DNA of 35,456 nucleotides from Vicugna vicugna. Lineage: Eukaryota. Where the stretch lies: positions 1-35,456 of the forward strand of contig MU058043.1 of assembly GCA_013265495.1 (NCBI GenBank). Direction: 5' to 3'. Shown here in pieces: positions 1 to 12,102 of the stretch (its first letter is position 1; each line of letters begins with the position of its first letter). Made by a program: the position numbers and the translations under genes. Below the pieces are notes generated by a model. That model worked only from the letters and a program-made list of their open reading frames with translations. It was not told where the DNA came from and did not search any database.

Positions 1-2029
1 AGTGAGCGCGTCCCTTTTTGGGTTTGTAGGTCATGGCATGCATGGCAGATACAAAACTTCTAAAATAAAAAGTAATTCAGTACTTTTGTTCTAAACCATT
101 TTATACATTAAATAAAAATAGTTGCACTTCAGAAGATATCATTATTTTCTTAATAATTATTGCTTAAATTTAATAAAGAAGTCTGTCACAGTCAATGATT
201 ATCCAATGAATCTTTGTAAATCAAGAAAACATTGCAGTTAATATAAGCTGGGCCATGGTGGTTTGATTTTTTTTTACATCACAAACACATAGACCTCACT
301 CCATAGAGTGTGAATCTGTGTAGGCTGCATAAGTAATTCTGTAAGGGTATGTGCGTTTACATGTGTGCATGTGTATGTGTAATACTAACTGGAAGAGAAC
401 AGTGAATATGGAATAATAAATAGCAGAAAAGAGATTTTATTAGATTGATAATTAATTCACTATTCCTAGTATGTTGTCTCATAAAGGGTGCAATGTGTTA
501 TCAAAGCTTTTTTTTGTTGTGTCATCTCTAAAAGAGCAGTAAACTTTCTGATAAATTAATACTTTTCTTTTCAAAATAGGCATACAATGATGTCTATAAA
601 TTATTCTCCATTGAAATTTGTTACTCTTATCATTACATGTGGAGAAGAAAACATCCCTTATAGCAAAAATGGGAATTAGAAATGGGAGTTTCTATTAACA
701 TGAAACTTCCAAAACCAGATTTTAGAAAAATAAATATAAGCAATTGTCATCTAGACATGAAAAGACAATGCTGAACTTTGCACACTATCAGTAACTTAAA
801 ATATAGAAAAAAATAATTATGCAACAATGTTGGCAGATAGTTCAAAAGCATCAATGTGTAAATAATTAACTATTAGCTCTGTGTCATGTAAATGAAAAAC
901 AACTTCAATTAACTTACATTTTCCTTACAATGGAAAATTCAGAATATTTTATTTAATTTATTATGGAAGTTAAAGCTGGTGTTATCTGTTGAATATGGGA
1001 AAGACTGAAAAAAATTCCTTGAGATAAGAAGTGAAGGATCAAAAGTTACACAAATTTTGTGTGTTGTAAGAAAGTGCAATATATGCATAAAAGGATTTGA
1101 AATTAATGACTTTTTCACTCTGATTAATAACAGACATATGTAAAGACAAATTTCAAAACTATGATTATTAACCTGCTTCTAAAATAATGAAAACGATGAA
1201 ACTTACGGGTTTGTTTAAATCGGAGTCACAGAATACCTATCTTTAGAGAACTGAGAGTGAAAAAATAAGCCGTGTAGGCAGCACTTGTTTATTACACCAA
1301 GTTTCTCTGCAGGAGAAGGGAACCAAAAAGGCTTATGGCCATGATCTCACGTGTCCAAGCTCAGTGATAACTTATGACACATTTAATTAAATTTTGGCTA
1401 GATAATATGACCTCAAAGTTGAAAAATCACAAGCTTTAAGGTTGAGAATTTACTTTATTCAAACAATCAATGTGTGATACAAACAATGTGTGCCTTGCTT
1501 CCTGTGATTTAAAAAAATGGGCCATGTTTTGACAATATTTTCACTAACTGGGTTAAAAATTGTAAAATATTATTTGGCTACTTAGAAATAGCATCCAAAC
1601 ATTTAATGTTTTAACATACTACAGAACATAAATAAGCAGAAGCAAACTAGTTTGCCAGGATTTCTGAGCAGAGTATTTCCAACTTTAGGCATATGATTTA
1701 GGTATTTTACTGACTTGGAATTTATGAATGGAAATGAGCCTTCATTGGGAAATCTCTTCCTATTTATAGATTTCTTGTTCAATTTGAATAGCAGAACTCT
1801 TTAAAAAAAGTCATTAATACTGTTTCCATGTTCAGCAATCCATACATTTAAGTAATTTTTTCTAATTTAGTAAGAAAAAAACATAATTATTTAGCTTAAG
1901 CTATTATCAAGTTTTAGACACTGTGATGAAGAAACAGTATCACACTTCTCACTGATACAATACTATTACTTTATTTTTAAAATTAACTTATTTAAGATTT
2001 TGTGCCAGATCTTGATAAAGGAGTGAGGA

Positions 2030-4254
2030 AAACACTATGAAACTGGTTCCCTGGGAAAGAGCTGTAAAAGAAAGTTCGAATTCAGAGGTTCTAATCCCAG
2101 ATAAGAAGGAGCAAGCGTTTCATCCTGTCTCTTCTACAGAAATGCATCTATAAGGCCTAGATAGAGCAAAAAATATATTTGTGACCTGAAGACTCTGGAA
2201 AGTAAATAGTAGCAGGCAGGTTGAAGAAGACCAATATTTAAAGTACCATTACCTGTGGTGATTTTTGACTCTGTTTTTTAATAGTGGCTTAGCCCATGAT
2301 GCAGGGTCAGTCATGAAAGAGAAAATTTTACCTAAATCTAAAATTATTTTAAAATAAAAAAGTTTATTTAAGGGTTTTGCTTTTTAGAAAGATGGAGTAG
2401 AAGTACTTTTTCTTATTCTCCCTTTTATATTCAATTTAAATCATTGGATATCATTTATTAAATAAACACAAGACGACTCTGAATGGTGAGAGAAGGCAGG
2501 CCGACTAGGGACCTTGGGATCTTGGGATCTTGGGATCTTGGGATTTTAGGAACAACATAATGATGAGTTCTCTGGTTTCTTGTAACTGTTGCTTTTCTTC
2601 CTCTTCATACCAGGCTGGATCATGGAAAGCTGGCAACTGAAAAACGCCAAATGGTACAGATTAAAAAGAAAAGCACCAACCAAACCCAACTCTCTCTAGT
2701 TAAATGAAAGGGAAGCCACGCAAGACAGAACTTTAGACAGTAACTCACTCACTCTATTCAAACACCGCAGAAAAAAATACATAGTTCCACCCACACTCCC
2801 ACAACAACAGGGTAATGAGGAGCTTAGATGTTCACCGTTTCCAGAATTTAATGAGACATTCCAAGCCGCCCAGCTAGAGTGCTGTTAGAGAAGACCAACA
2901 GGGCCCTAGGAATTTTATGCCCTCTGAACAGAAATGAGACCGCCCCGCAGTGTCGTCCCAGACCACATGAGGAGCCTGAACGTCCGCTCACACTTGACTG
3001 TGCCTCTCTCCTTTCCTGCTGGGATGGTGTCAGAGGAGGCCTACTAAAGTGTCTGGACTTTCGCCATAGCCTGGTGATAACAAGGCTCTCCACTATGGTG
3101 TCAGTGACATCACCTGGGAAGCAGTAATGTGGAACCCCTGCTCATTCAGCTGAAGAGGCATTAGCAGAGGCCTGATGGATATTAAGACCTCCCCCGAGCC
3201 CAACAGTTTGAGGAGCCCTTCCTCATAACACAGGTGTCAGTAAAGGCTGAGAGGGAACACAGACATCCACTCCACTTGGCAAGAGCCGCCTTCTTTCCCT
3301 GCCAGAGCAGTTTCAGACTAGGAGATCAGCTAAAAGAGTTTTAAAAAGTTCCAGAGTCTACTAACATAATACCAAGTTTCAATTAGAAATCACTAGTCAT
3401 ATCAAGAAGCAATAAAAATCTCAACTTGAATGAAGAAAGACAATCACTAGACAGCAACACCAACATGACTGAAAATTTCCATTTCTATTACAAAATTTTA
3501 AAGCAACCATTATAAAAATGCTCTAATTGCAAATTTTGAACACACTTGAAATAAATGGAAAAGTGGAGTCTGAGAAAAGAAACAAAGATTCAGCAAAGTA
3601 CTAGAAAATAAAAGATAAAAAAATTATAGAACAGAAAAGGTACAGTAACAAACTGAAAAAAAGTCTCAGTGAATGGTTTCAACAGTAGAAAAAGGGAACA
3701 GAGGACAAAGCTGGAAGATAGAACAATTAACTTACCTAACTTGAGCAAGAAACAGAAAAATCAGACTTAAAAAAAAAAAGAAAGAAAAAGATGAATAGAG
3801 TTTCTGGGACCTGAGATCATAACAAAAGATCTAACATGAATGTTTCAGGAGGAAAGTAGAAAGATGGTGAAGCTAAAAAAATTTAAAGAAATAATGGCTG
3901 AAAAATGTCCAACAATAGAAGAAATAAACTGAGTCGAGAAGCTGAGTGAACCCCAAACATCTAAAAACCAAAACACATTATAATCAAACTTCTGCAAACT
4001 ATAGACAAAAAAATTCTTGAAACCCATGGGAAAGAAACAGCATCTAACCTCTGGGGGTTGTAGCTGGGAGACAGTTTGAGTAACAGTGGACTTCTCATCA
4101 GAAACCACTAAAGCCAGAAGTAAATGGCACAAAACTTTAAAAGTGTTTAAGGAAAATAAATCCACCCATAATTCTATGTCAGTTGAAAATATACTTTGAG
4201 AATGAAGGCAAAAATCAGCTGATCAAATCTAAGAGAACTTTTTGCCAGCAGATC
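2030..4254 (+). mobile_element. Old L1 (L1M-type) 5'UTR and degraded ORF1 region
   Basis: A-rich plus strand with ORF1-like consensus segments: 'gaaataatggctgaaaaatgtccaa', 'gacttctcatcagaaaccactaaagccagaagtaaatggcac', 'tttgccagcagatc'. Boundaries approximate. Confidence 0.75.
2513..2544 (+). repeat. (CTTGGGAT)4 tandem repeat inside the L1 5'UTR
   Basis: Read directly: cttgggat repeated four times. Confidence 0.9.
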
Positions 4255-4392
4255 TGTAACAGAAAACAAATCTGACTCCATATGGGATTTGTTCCTTTGG
4301 CTTTAACCCCGTGCCCTGTTTTCTAGGCTTCATCTTGGCTAGCTCTGCACCTGTTGTAAAAGAATGCTGCCTTTAGCCTGAAATATACAGGA
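4255..4392 (+). mobile_element. ERV LTR 5' fragment
   Basis: Begins TGTAACAGAAAACAAATCTGACTCCAT, an LTR-like TG start with a 'gactccat' motif, exactly where the L1 ORF1 similarity stops. Confidence 0.5.
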
Positions 4393-4519
4393 AGTATTTA
4401 AAACATAGGGAATCTTCTCTCTCCAGAGGCTTCAAAATATTAACGTTTTCTCTCACTAGATCTTAGTAATCAACCACCATTTTGTTACAAAAACTGTTAT
4501 CAAAAGAATAGCTAAACTG

Positions 4520-5749
4520 AAACCAGACGTGGTCCCCACCAAGTTTATATTTCTGGAGCAGAAGGCCATTCGATGAGGAAAGATGTCTTTAACAAATGCT
4601 ATTGGGAAAACTGGATATCAACTTGCAAAAAAAAAATTTAGACTATTACCTTAATCATATAGAAAAATTAACTAAAAAAAATCAAAGACCTCATTAGAAG
4701 AAAACATAGGGGGAAAGCTTCATGGCATTAGATTTGCAATAATTTCTTGAATATGACACCAAAAACAGAGAATAAAAGAAAACATTTCATCAAAATAAAA
4801 AGGTTCTAGGCATAAAAAGACACTATCAATAAGGTGAAAAGGCAAGCCATGGAATTAGGGCAAATATTTGAAAGTCAAATATCTGATATATCTGATAATA
4901 TGAGTAATATAGAAAAAGGCACAAACTACTAATGCATAAAATAAATAACCTACAAGGATATATTGTACAGCACAGGGAATACAACCAATATTTTCTTAAA
5001 TGGAGTATAATCTATAAAAACATTGGAGTATAATCCACAAAAATACTGAATCACTATACTTTACACCTGAAACCAATATAATGTAAATAAACTATACTTA
5101 AATAAAGAAGTCCTACAAGTCAACATTAAAAACAATCCAATGAAAAAATAGGCAAAAAAAAGATATACAAATGGCGATCAAGTGCATGTCAAGATCTCTA
5201 TTATCATTAAATTAGTGAATTTCATAGCACAACCACAATATATTTTGCACACATTAGGAGGGCGACCACACACACACACACAAAAACAACAAATAACAAG
5301 TGGTTGTGAGGATGTAGAGAATTAGCACTTTTTGCATTTCTGGTGGGAATGTAAAAAGGTGCATCCTCTATGGAAAACAGTATGCTGGCCCCTCCAAAAA
5401 AATTAAAAATAGAATAAACATAAGATCCAACAATTTCACTGCTGGGTAAATATCTGAAAGTATTGAAAGCAGGGTCTTGGAGAGATATTTGTACACCCAT
5501 CTTTATAGCAGTATTATTCACCACAATCATAATGTGAAAGCAACCCAAGTGTTCATCAAAGATAAATGGGTAAGTAAACACGGTATATGTGTACAGTGGG
5601 ATATTATTCGGACTTGAAGAAATGAAGTTCTGATACATGCTGCCACATGGATAGACCCTGAAAACATTATGCGAAGTGAAATAAGCCAGTCACAATGGGA
5701 CAAATGCTGTGTAATTCCACTTACTGAACTACCTAGAGCCAGATTCGTA
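4520..5749 (+). mobile_element. L1MA/L1MB-type ORF2 3' end and 3'UTR
   Basis: Matches such as 'aacaaatgctattgggaaaactggatatc', 'tggtgggaatgtaaa', 'ctatggaaaacagtatg', 'gaaataagccagtcacaa'. Interrupted by the insert at 4915-5109. Confidence 0.85.
4915..5109 (+). mobile_element. Short cetartiodactyl-type L1 3' end nested in the older L1
   Basis: 'caaggatatattgtacagcacagggaat...gaatcactatactttacacctgaaacc...aactatactt' is a typical L1 3' terminus. Flanked by aatatagaa / aataaagaa (possible degenerate TSD). Confidence 0.75.
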
Positions 5750-5882
5750 NNNNNNNNNNNNNNNNNNNNNNNNNNNNNNNNNNNNNNNNNNNNNNNNNNN
5801 NNNNNNNNNNNNNNNNNNNNNNNNNNNNNNNNNNNNNNNNNNNNNNNNNNNNNNNNNNNNNNNNNNNNNNNNNNNNNNNNNN
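5750..5882. other. Assembly gap (133 N)
   Basis: Run of N. Confidence 1.
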
Positions 5883-6208
5883 AGTTAATAAAAAGCCAGT
5901 CTTGTAAGTTTACGTATTCCATAGTTCCATTTATGTAACATTTTCACATGATAAAATTATAGAAATAAAAGAATGGATTAATGGAACAGGGGTTTAAGGA
6001 GAGGGCAGGAGCCAAGTGACTGTGACTATAAAAGACAACATGAAAGGTTATTGCTATATTATTTGTTAATAGTGTACTTTAATTTTGAAGATTTTACTAT
6101 TTGGGAAACTGGGTAAAGAGTTCATAGGTTCTTCTTCTTTGTGTTTTATTTTGTAGAGTTGAGTGTGAATCTACAATTACCCCAAAATAAAAAGCTTGAT
6201 TAAAAGAA
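5883..6208 (+). mobile_element. L1MC-type 3' end
   Basis: 'ttccatttatgtaacatt...aaaattatagaaat' and the terminus 'gtgaatctacaattaccccaaaataaaaagcttgattaaaa'. Confidence 0.7.
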
Positions 6209-6721
6209 GCTTGAGAGCCAGAGTTTTATAATATTTCCCTGCCAAGCTACATAACTGCTCTTGCTAAAACACAGTGTCCTCAAATTCTCTTAATTGATTT
6301 CATGGTCCCTTATTAAACCGCATATGATACTCACAACAAATGTTAGCTTTTGTCATTTTATGAAATCTAATAATGTACATCTGGAACATGAAAGCATCAT
6401 CTAAGACATGATCAAAGAACAAGGCTCATAAACAGATGATGGATTCTGAAATATGTAAGAAAAGTAAAATGGCACATTCAGTCCACACTTATAGTGACTA
6501 TTCCATTCATACTACTTAGAAGTCTTTCTAGAACTAGAGGAAACAAGTAGTGAAATGTGTTGTGTTTAGTCTAGATTTACAACTTTTCTTCCAACATAGG
6601 ATTATTTAGCATTTCTAATAAGAAGTACAATTGACTTTAAGAACTTCAAAACATTTTTTATCCACTAGATTTTGATTTTTTTCCTGAGTTTGCCACAATT
6701 TCTAAGATTTCAAGGAAGAAG

Positions 6722-7180
6722 CTACATTTTCCTCCCCTTCTTCCTGAGAAATAACCTTTTTATTGCACCTTTTTTAACGTTTGTTTCTCAAGATGTAGAT
6801 TAGAGGGTTTATAATGGGAGGGACAAGCTTATAAAGGAGGGCTAAAAATTTGCCAACTCCTGTAGAGACAGTCTGTTTGGATTTTATATACATACAGGTA
6901 AGGATGGTATAAAAAAAATCACTGTGAGATGAAACCCACAAAATGTCATTTTCTTTCTTCAGATTACTTAATCCTTGTAACTGGTAAGAATCCACAGTGA
7001 CACTGTTATAAACAACAAAGGGAAACTGTAAGAATAATACAATAAATATTACTTTTTTTTGTAGGAGACGAAGTCCCCAAGGACTAGTTGTATTCTTGGG
7101 GCTGATTTACAGAGAATGTGTGAATGCTGCTGTGGCCACAGAGGTACAATGACATACTGTGTTGTGTGTGCTACTGAGAT
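6722..7180 (-). pseudogene. Olfactory receptor pseudogene, 3' half only (end of TM4, ECL2, TM5-TM7)
   Basis: ORF 6774..6995 gives MYIKSK...GKFLALLYKLVPPIINPLIYILRNK, the PMLNPLIYSLRNK family motif. Upstream, across frameshifts, ISVAHTT/MSLYLCGHSSIH/LCKSAPRIQLVLGD resembles the LPFCGxNxIxHFFCE ECL2 motif. A frameshifted tail KGAIKRLFLRKK..M* ends at 6722. Several frameshifts. Confidence 0.9.
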
Positions 7181-7329
7181 GCCAAAACTCACCGGCTGAA
7201 GGGTTTAGTTTTGGCCCCGCTTCTGTGGCTGCTGCCAGGGGACATCTCTACAGCCTGGCTCTGGTGGCCCTGGTGCTCCTGCCTCTGGTTCCTGTGGAGG
7301 GTGACCAGAGATATTTATTAAAATATGTT

Positions 7330-8769
7330 TATTCCCATATATTCATTGTTTATATTTTTAATGACTAAATCATCTGCAACCGTATTACTAAAATTCTTTG
7401 CTTCTAATGTCAGACAAGGTTCAACACACTTCAAAGGTTTCAAACGCTTCAGAGTATGTTTTTTCTGATCACTCTGTACATCACACAATACTTCTGCAAC
7501 ATCAATTCAGAAATTAAGGAGACTACTTCTAAAGTACCCATAGGGTAAAGAGTAATTATGGAGAATATTAGAAAATATTTTGAAATGAAAACTTGCTTTC
7601 CTAAAATTTTAATACGAGCTTTAAAATTAATTTATTGTTCCCTTTAAACTTGAGATAAGTATTTATGTAATTTATTTCAGGAAAAAAATAGAAATAAGAA
7701 AACAAAAGATAAAGATAGAAATCAATGAAATATACAAACATGCTCTACAAAGGCAATGAAATCTAGAGTTAGCTCTTTGAAAAAAAAAACTCATAAAATT
7801 GATAAAACCTTGGGAAAAGTGATCAAGAAAAAAGACAGAAAACAAATAATCAACACCAGAAATGGGAATATACATCATTATCAATCTCAAACATGTCAAC
7901 AAAGATAATAACATATTACACAAAATGGCAATGATTTTGGAGTATGGATTAAATAAATTAATCCTTACAAAAATATAATTCACAAAGTCTGACCACACAG
8001 GGACAGAAACCTAAATCATCATATAATTTTAAATAAACTGAATTAATATTAGAAATATAGTCCCACAAAGCAAATTCCAGACTTCACTAACTATACTTGT
8101 GAATTTTACCAAATACTTAGTGAAAGAATTGTGCCAATATTTCACTGAATTACCCAGAAAATAGACAATTTTTAAAATACATCCTAACTAGTTTTATATA
8201 CTGGCCAAAAGTTGATACCAAATCTTAACAGAGACATGATAAGAACTGAATATTATAGGCCAATCTCATATGTATTATATTATATATATTCTTAAGGATG
8301 TGAAATTGATATAACTGAAAAGCTATTCATACTTAATTAAAAAAATTAGCAATCTGAAAATCAAATTAAACTCCCTTAGTATGACAAAGGAAGAGTATGT
8401 AAAAAACACTTAAGAGAAATAGTATACTTAATCAAGAAATGTTAAAAGCTGCTTCTCTGATTCTGAGACCAAGATGCCTCTCTCACATTTATTGTGTGTA
8501 CTACTGAACTGTTAGCCTATCCAATTAGGCACAAATAATGGAATATATATCCCTTTAAAACAAAGAACACTCTCATTAGGCATAGTCCGTATGGTTCTGC
8601 ACTGAAAAAGTTCAGTAGAATGTAGTAAAATGTATTAGAATTTAATATAAACTAATCAAATTTAAATATTAATGAAGAGAAACAAACTTTAACTAGCATG
8701 TACAATGCTACCTAAATATTAAATACCTATGAGTGTATATAAAAAGATATTCACGAATTTTACCTCAAA
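7330..8769 (+). mobile_element. Old L1 ORF2 (EN to RT region), left arm of the element hosting the ACTN1 retrocopy
   Basis: 'aaagatagaaatcaatgaaata', 'aaaattgataaacc', 'gtgaattttaccaaatactta', 'aattataggccaatctc', 'gagaccaagatgcctctctcac'. Confidence 0.8.
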
Positions 8770-10556
8770 CCTGCAAGAGACCTTCATAGTGCCCACCATG
8801 GAGGAGATCCAGAGACTGACCACAGGCCACGAGCAGTTCAAGGCCACCCTCCCCGATGCCGACAAGGAGCGCCTGGCCATCCTGGGCATTCACAAGGAGG
8901 TGTGCAAGATTGTCCAGACCTACCACGCCAACAAGGCGGGCAACAATCCCTACACAACCATCAGGCCTCAGATCAATGGTAAAAGGGACCATGTGCGGCA
9001 GCTGGGCCTCTGGGAGACCAGGCCCTGATATAAGAGCATGCCTGACAGCAGCACAACCAGAGGTTCGCAAGCAGTTTGGGGCTCAGGCTGACGTCATCGG
9101 GCCCTGGATCCAGACCAAGACGGAGGAGTCAGAAGGATCTCCACTGAGATGCATGGGACCCTGGAGGACCAGCTCAGCCACCTGCGGCGGTAGGAGAAGC
9201 ACATCGTCAAGTACAAGCCCAAGATTGACCAGCTGGAGGGTGACCACCAGCTCATCCAGGAAGCGTCCTTCATCTTCGACAGCAGTCACACCAACTACAC
9301 CATAGGGCACATCCGCGTGGGCTGGGAGCAGCTCCTCACCACCACCGCCAGGACCGTCAATGAGGTGGAGAACCAGGTCTTGACCAGGGATGCCAAGGGC
9401 ATCAGCCAGGAGCAGATGAACGAGTTCCGGGCCACTTTCAACCACTCTGACCGGGATCACTCCAGCACGCAGGGTCGCGAGGAGTTCAAAGACTGCCTCA
9501 TCAGCTTGGGTTATATTGGTGAAGACTTCCCACCACTCCCCTCCCCCGGAGAGGCAGGATTTACCTGCATCATGAGCACTGTGGACCCCCCAACCGCCTG
9601 GGGGTAGCGACATTCCAGGCCTTCATCCACTTTATGTCCCGTGAGACGGCCGACACAGATACAGCAGGCCAAATCGTGGCTTCCTTCAAGATCCTGGCCG
9701 GGGACAAGCATTACACCACGGTGGACGAGCTGAGCCGTGGGCCACCGCCCGACCAGGCCGTGCACTGCATCGCACGAATGGCCCCCTGCATCGGCCCTGA
9801 CGCCGTGCCTGGGGCTCTGGACTACATGTCCTCCAGGGCGCTGTACGGCGAGAGGGACCTCTAACCCGCGCCGCCGGGTCTGCGCCCTCCCCCCCATCCG
9901 CTACGCGAGCCCCGCCCTGTTGTGCCGCCGCCGCCGCCGCCGCCGCCGCCCGGGGTGTTGGGTTTCCGTGCTCGGCCTCCAAGGAGGCGACCCGGGACCC
10001 ATATGGCATCGAGCCTCCCTGCCCGCGAAGTGACAGTTTACAAAATTATTTTCCGAAAAAAACAAAAACAAAAACAAAAACCTTACATTAAAAAAGTAAG
10101 ACACCCGAAAACCACGTATTTTATTACAGAAAATTTTTTCTCCTCCACCAGACTTAAATGGAAAAGAGGAGAAATTAACTATTTGCACCAGAATGTTTTG
10201 TTTTGTTGTGACATAGGAAAATAACCAAGCACAATGTTATATTCCATCCTTTCTATCGATTTTTTTCTATCTGCACCATCTGATTTATTCATTTCTCTAA
10301 TCTCATGCCCACCTTGATGTGGGGTGGGAGGATAATCTTGTCAAAAGGCACATTGGTGCATGTGTGTTTGCTAGCTCACTTGTCCATGAAAATATTTTAT
10401 GATATTAAAGAAAATCTTTTGAAATGGCTGTTTTTTACAGAAGAGAATTTATGTGGCTTGTCTTCTCATTTTTAAGTCTAGAAGTGTACTTAGCCTCTTT
10501 TTCAGCACACATTAAAAAAAATGTTGCTTATTAAAAATGGTCAGGACAAAAAAAAA
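8770..10556 (+). pseudogene. ACTN1: Processed, 5'-truncated pseudogene of alpha-actinin-1 (non-muscle isoform): about the last 360 codons, 3'UTR and poly(A)
   Basis: Intronless match to the ACTN1 C-terminus: [85 protein letters not shown]...GALDYMS..ALYGE.DL* (stop ends 9864). In-frame TAG at 9191-9193 and several frameshifts. ACTN1-like 3'UTR, ATTAAA at 10530-10535, A9 at 10548-10556. TSD gaattttacctcaaa (8755-8769) / gaattttgcctcaaa (10557-10571). Confidence 0.97.
9924..9950 (+). repeat. (GCC)9 trinucleotide repeat in the retrocopy 3'UTR
   Basis: Read directly. Confidence 0.95.
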
Positions 10557-11267
10557 GAATTTTGCCTCAAAAACTGTAAATGTGAAAATAATTAAAAGAC
10601 ATATAAATTAAATGAAGGATAAAACATTTTCACAGATTAGTAGGCAAACTTAAAAAAGTGACTTCTTCACAAAGTAATTCATAAATTCAATGCAATCTCA
10701 CATAATAAAAGTTCTAGCACTTTTCTTTAAATGACCATCTAGCCAAAAAATGTATATGGACATATAAAGGACCAAAAATAATAAAGGTACTCCTAAAGAA
10801 GTAAAACAAGAATGGAGGATGAGCTCTCCTCTATATATACTAACACATATGATAAAGTTATGGTAATTAAGACAAAGGATTTTGTACAGAGATAGGCGGA
10901 GGAACTAATTCAATAGAACAGCATGTCCAGAAACATACCCATGCATGTAGTGGCCTCTGAGTTAGGACAATTTTGGTACTACAAACAAGTGGGTAAAAGA
11001 TGAACTTTGGATAACTGGTGATGCCCCAACTGTATATAGTCATACAGAAAAAAAGACAGGAATGTGATCTTTATCTCATTTCATATAGAGAACAGAATTC
11101 AGGTGAATTGTATTTTTAGATGTAGAAGAAAAAGAATAAAACTTTTAGAAGCTATAAAAGAAATTATTCTTATAAGCTTGAGGTGTAAAATATAAACCGG
11201 AAAACCCAAAATCATAATCATAAAGAGAAAATTGAAAAAACTGTTTAAAATAATCAAAAGGGTAAAT

Positions 11268-11626
11268 CAATGAAGCTAGAACACTCCCTTACACTATACA
11301 CAAAAATAAACTCAAAATGGAACAAAGACTTAAGCATAAGACAAGATACAATAAACATCCTAGAAGAAAATATAGGCAAAACATTATCTCACATACATCT
11401 CAAAAATGTTCTCCTAGGGCAGGCTACTCAAGCAATAGAAATAAAAGCAAGAATAAACAAATGGGACCTAATGAAATTTACAAGCTTCTGCACAGCAAGG
11501 GAAACCATAAGTAAAACAAAACAACAACCTACGGAATGGGAGAACATTTTTGCAAATGAAACCAACAAAGGCTTGTTCTCCAGAATATATAAGGAGCTCA
11601 TATGACTTAATAAGAAACAAACAATC
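11268..11626 (+). mobile_element. Younger L1 ORF2 C-terminal fragment
   Basis: ORF 11270..11605 MKLEHSLTLYTKINSKW.KDL.IR.DTI.ILEENIGKTL...KARINKWDLMK..SFCTA.ET......QPTEWE.IFA is classic ORF2p. Confidence 0.93.
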
Positions 11627-11630
11627 ATCT

Positions 11631-12102
11631 AGAAGAGTTTGAGAAGGACTGGTATGAGTTCTTCTTTGTATGTTTGGTAGAATTCCCTGGTGAAGCCATC
11701 CGGTCCTGGACTTTTATTTGTAGGGAGGCTTTTAGTTGCTATTTCTGTTTCCTTTCTAGTGATCGGATTGTTCAAGTGTTCAGTTTCTTCTTGATTCAGT
11801 TTTGGTGGACAGTATGTTTCCAGAAACTTGTCTATCTCCTCTAGGTTATCCAGTTTGGTTCCATATAGTTTTTCATAATATTCTCATATGATATTCTGTA
11901 TTTCTATTTTGTTTGTTGTAATTTCTCCATTTGCCTTTCTTATTTTGCTAATTTGTGCTCTCTCTTTTTTCTTCTTTGTGAGTTTGGCCAGAGGTTTGTC
12001 GATTTTATTTACTTTTTCAAAAAACCAGCTTTTGGTTTGGTTGATTTTTTCTATGGTCTTGTTAATCTCTGTTGTATTTAATTCCTCTCTGATCTTTATT
12101 AT
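11631..12102 (-). mobile_element. Younger L1 ORF2 fragment (between EN and RT), inverted
   Basis: Reverse complement contains 'aaaagtccaggaccggatggcttcaccagggaattctaccaaacatacaaagaagaactcataccagtccttctcaaactcttc' ([28 protein letters not shown]). Confidence 0.93.

Noticed and set aside
1..2030. Possible non-coding exons or an OR upstream region (e.g. acceptor-like tttctctgcag at 1302-1312)
   Set aside because: Isolated splice-like motifs in AT-rich DNA with no ORF or other support.
8729..9028. ORF fusing an L1-derived ATG (MSVYKKIF) in frame to the ACTN1 retrocopy
   Set aside because: Ends after 99 codons at a frameshift, with no evidence of a promoter or selection. Likely chance.
9083..10224. 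Antisense and alternative-frame ORFs with poly-Ala, poly-Pro or poly-Arg
   Set aside because: By-products of GC-rich ACTN1 sequence and the (GCC)9 repeat.
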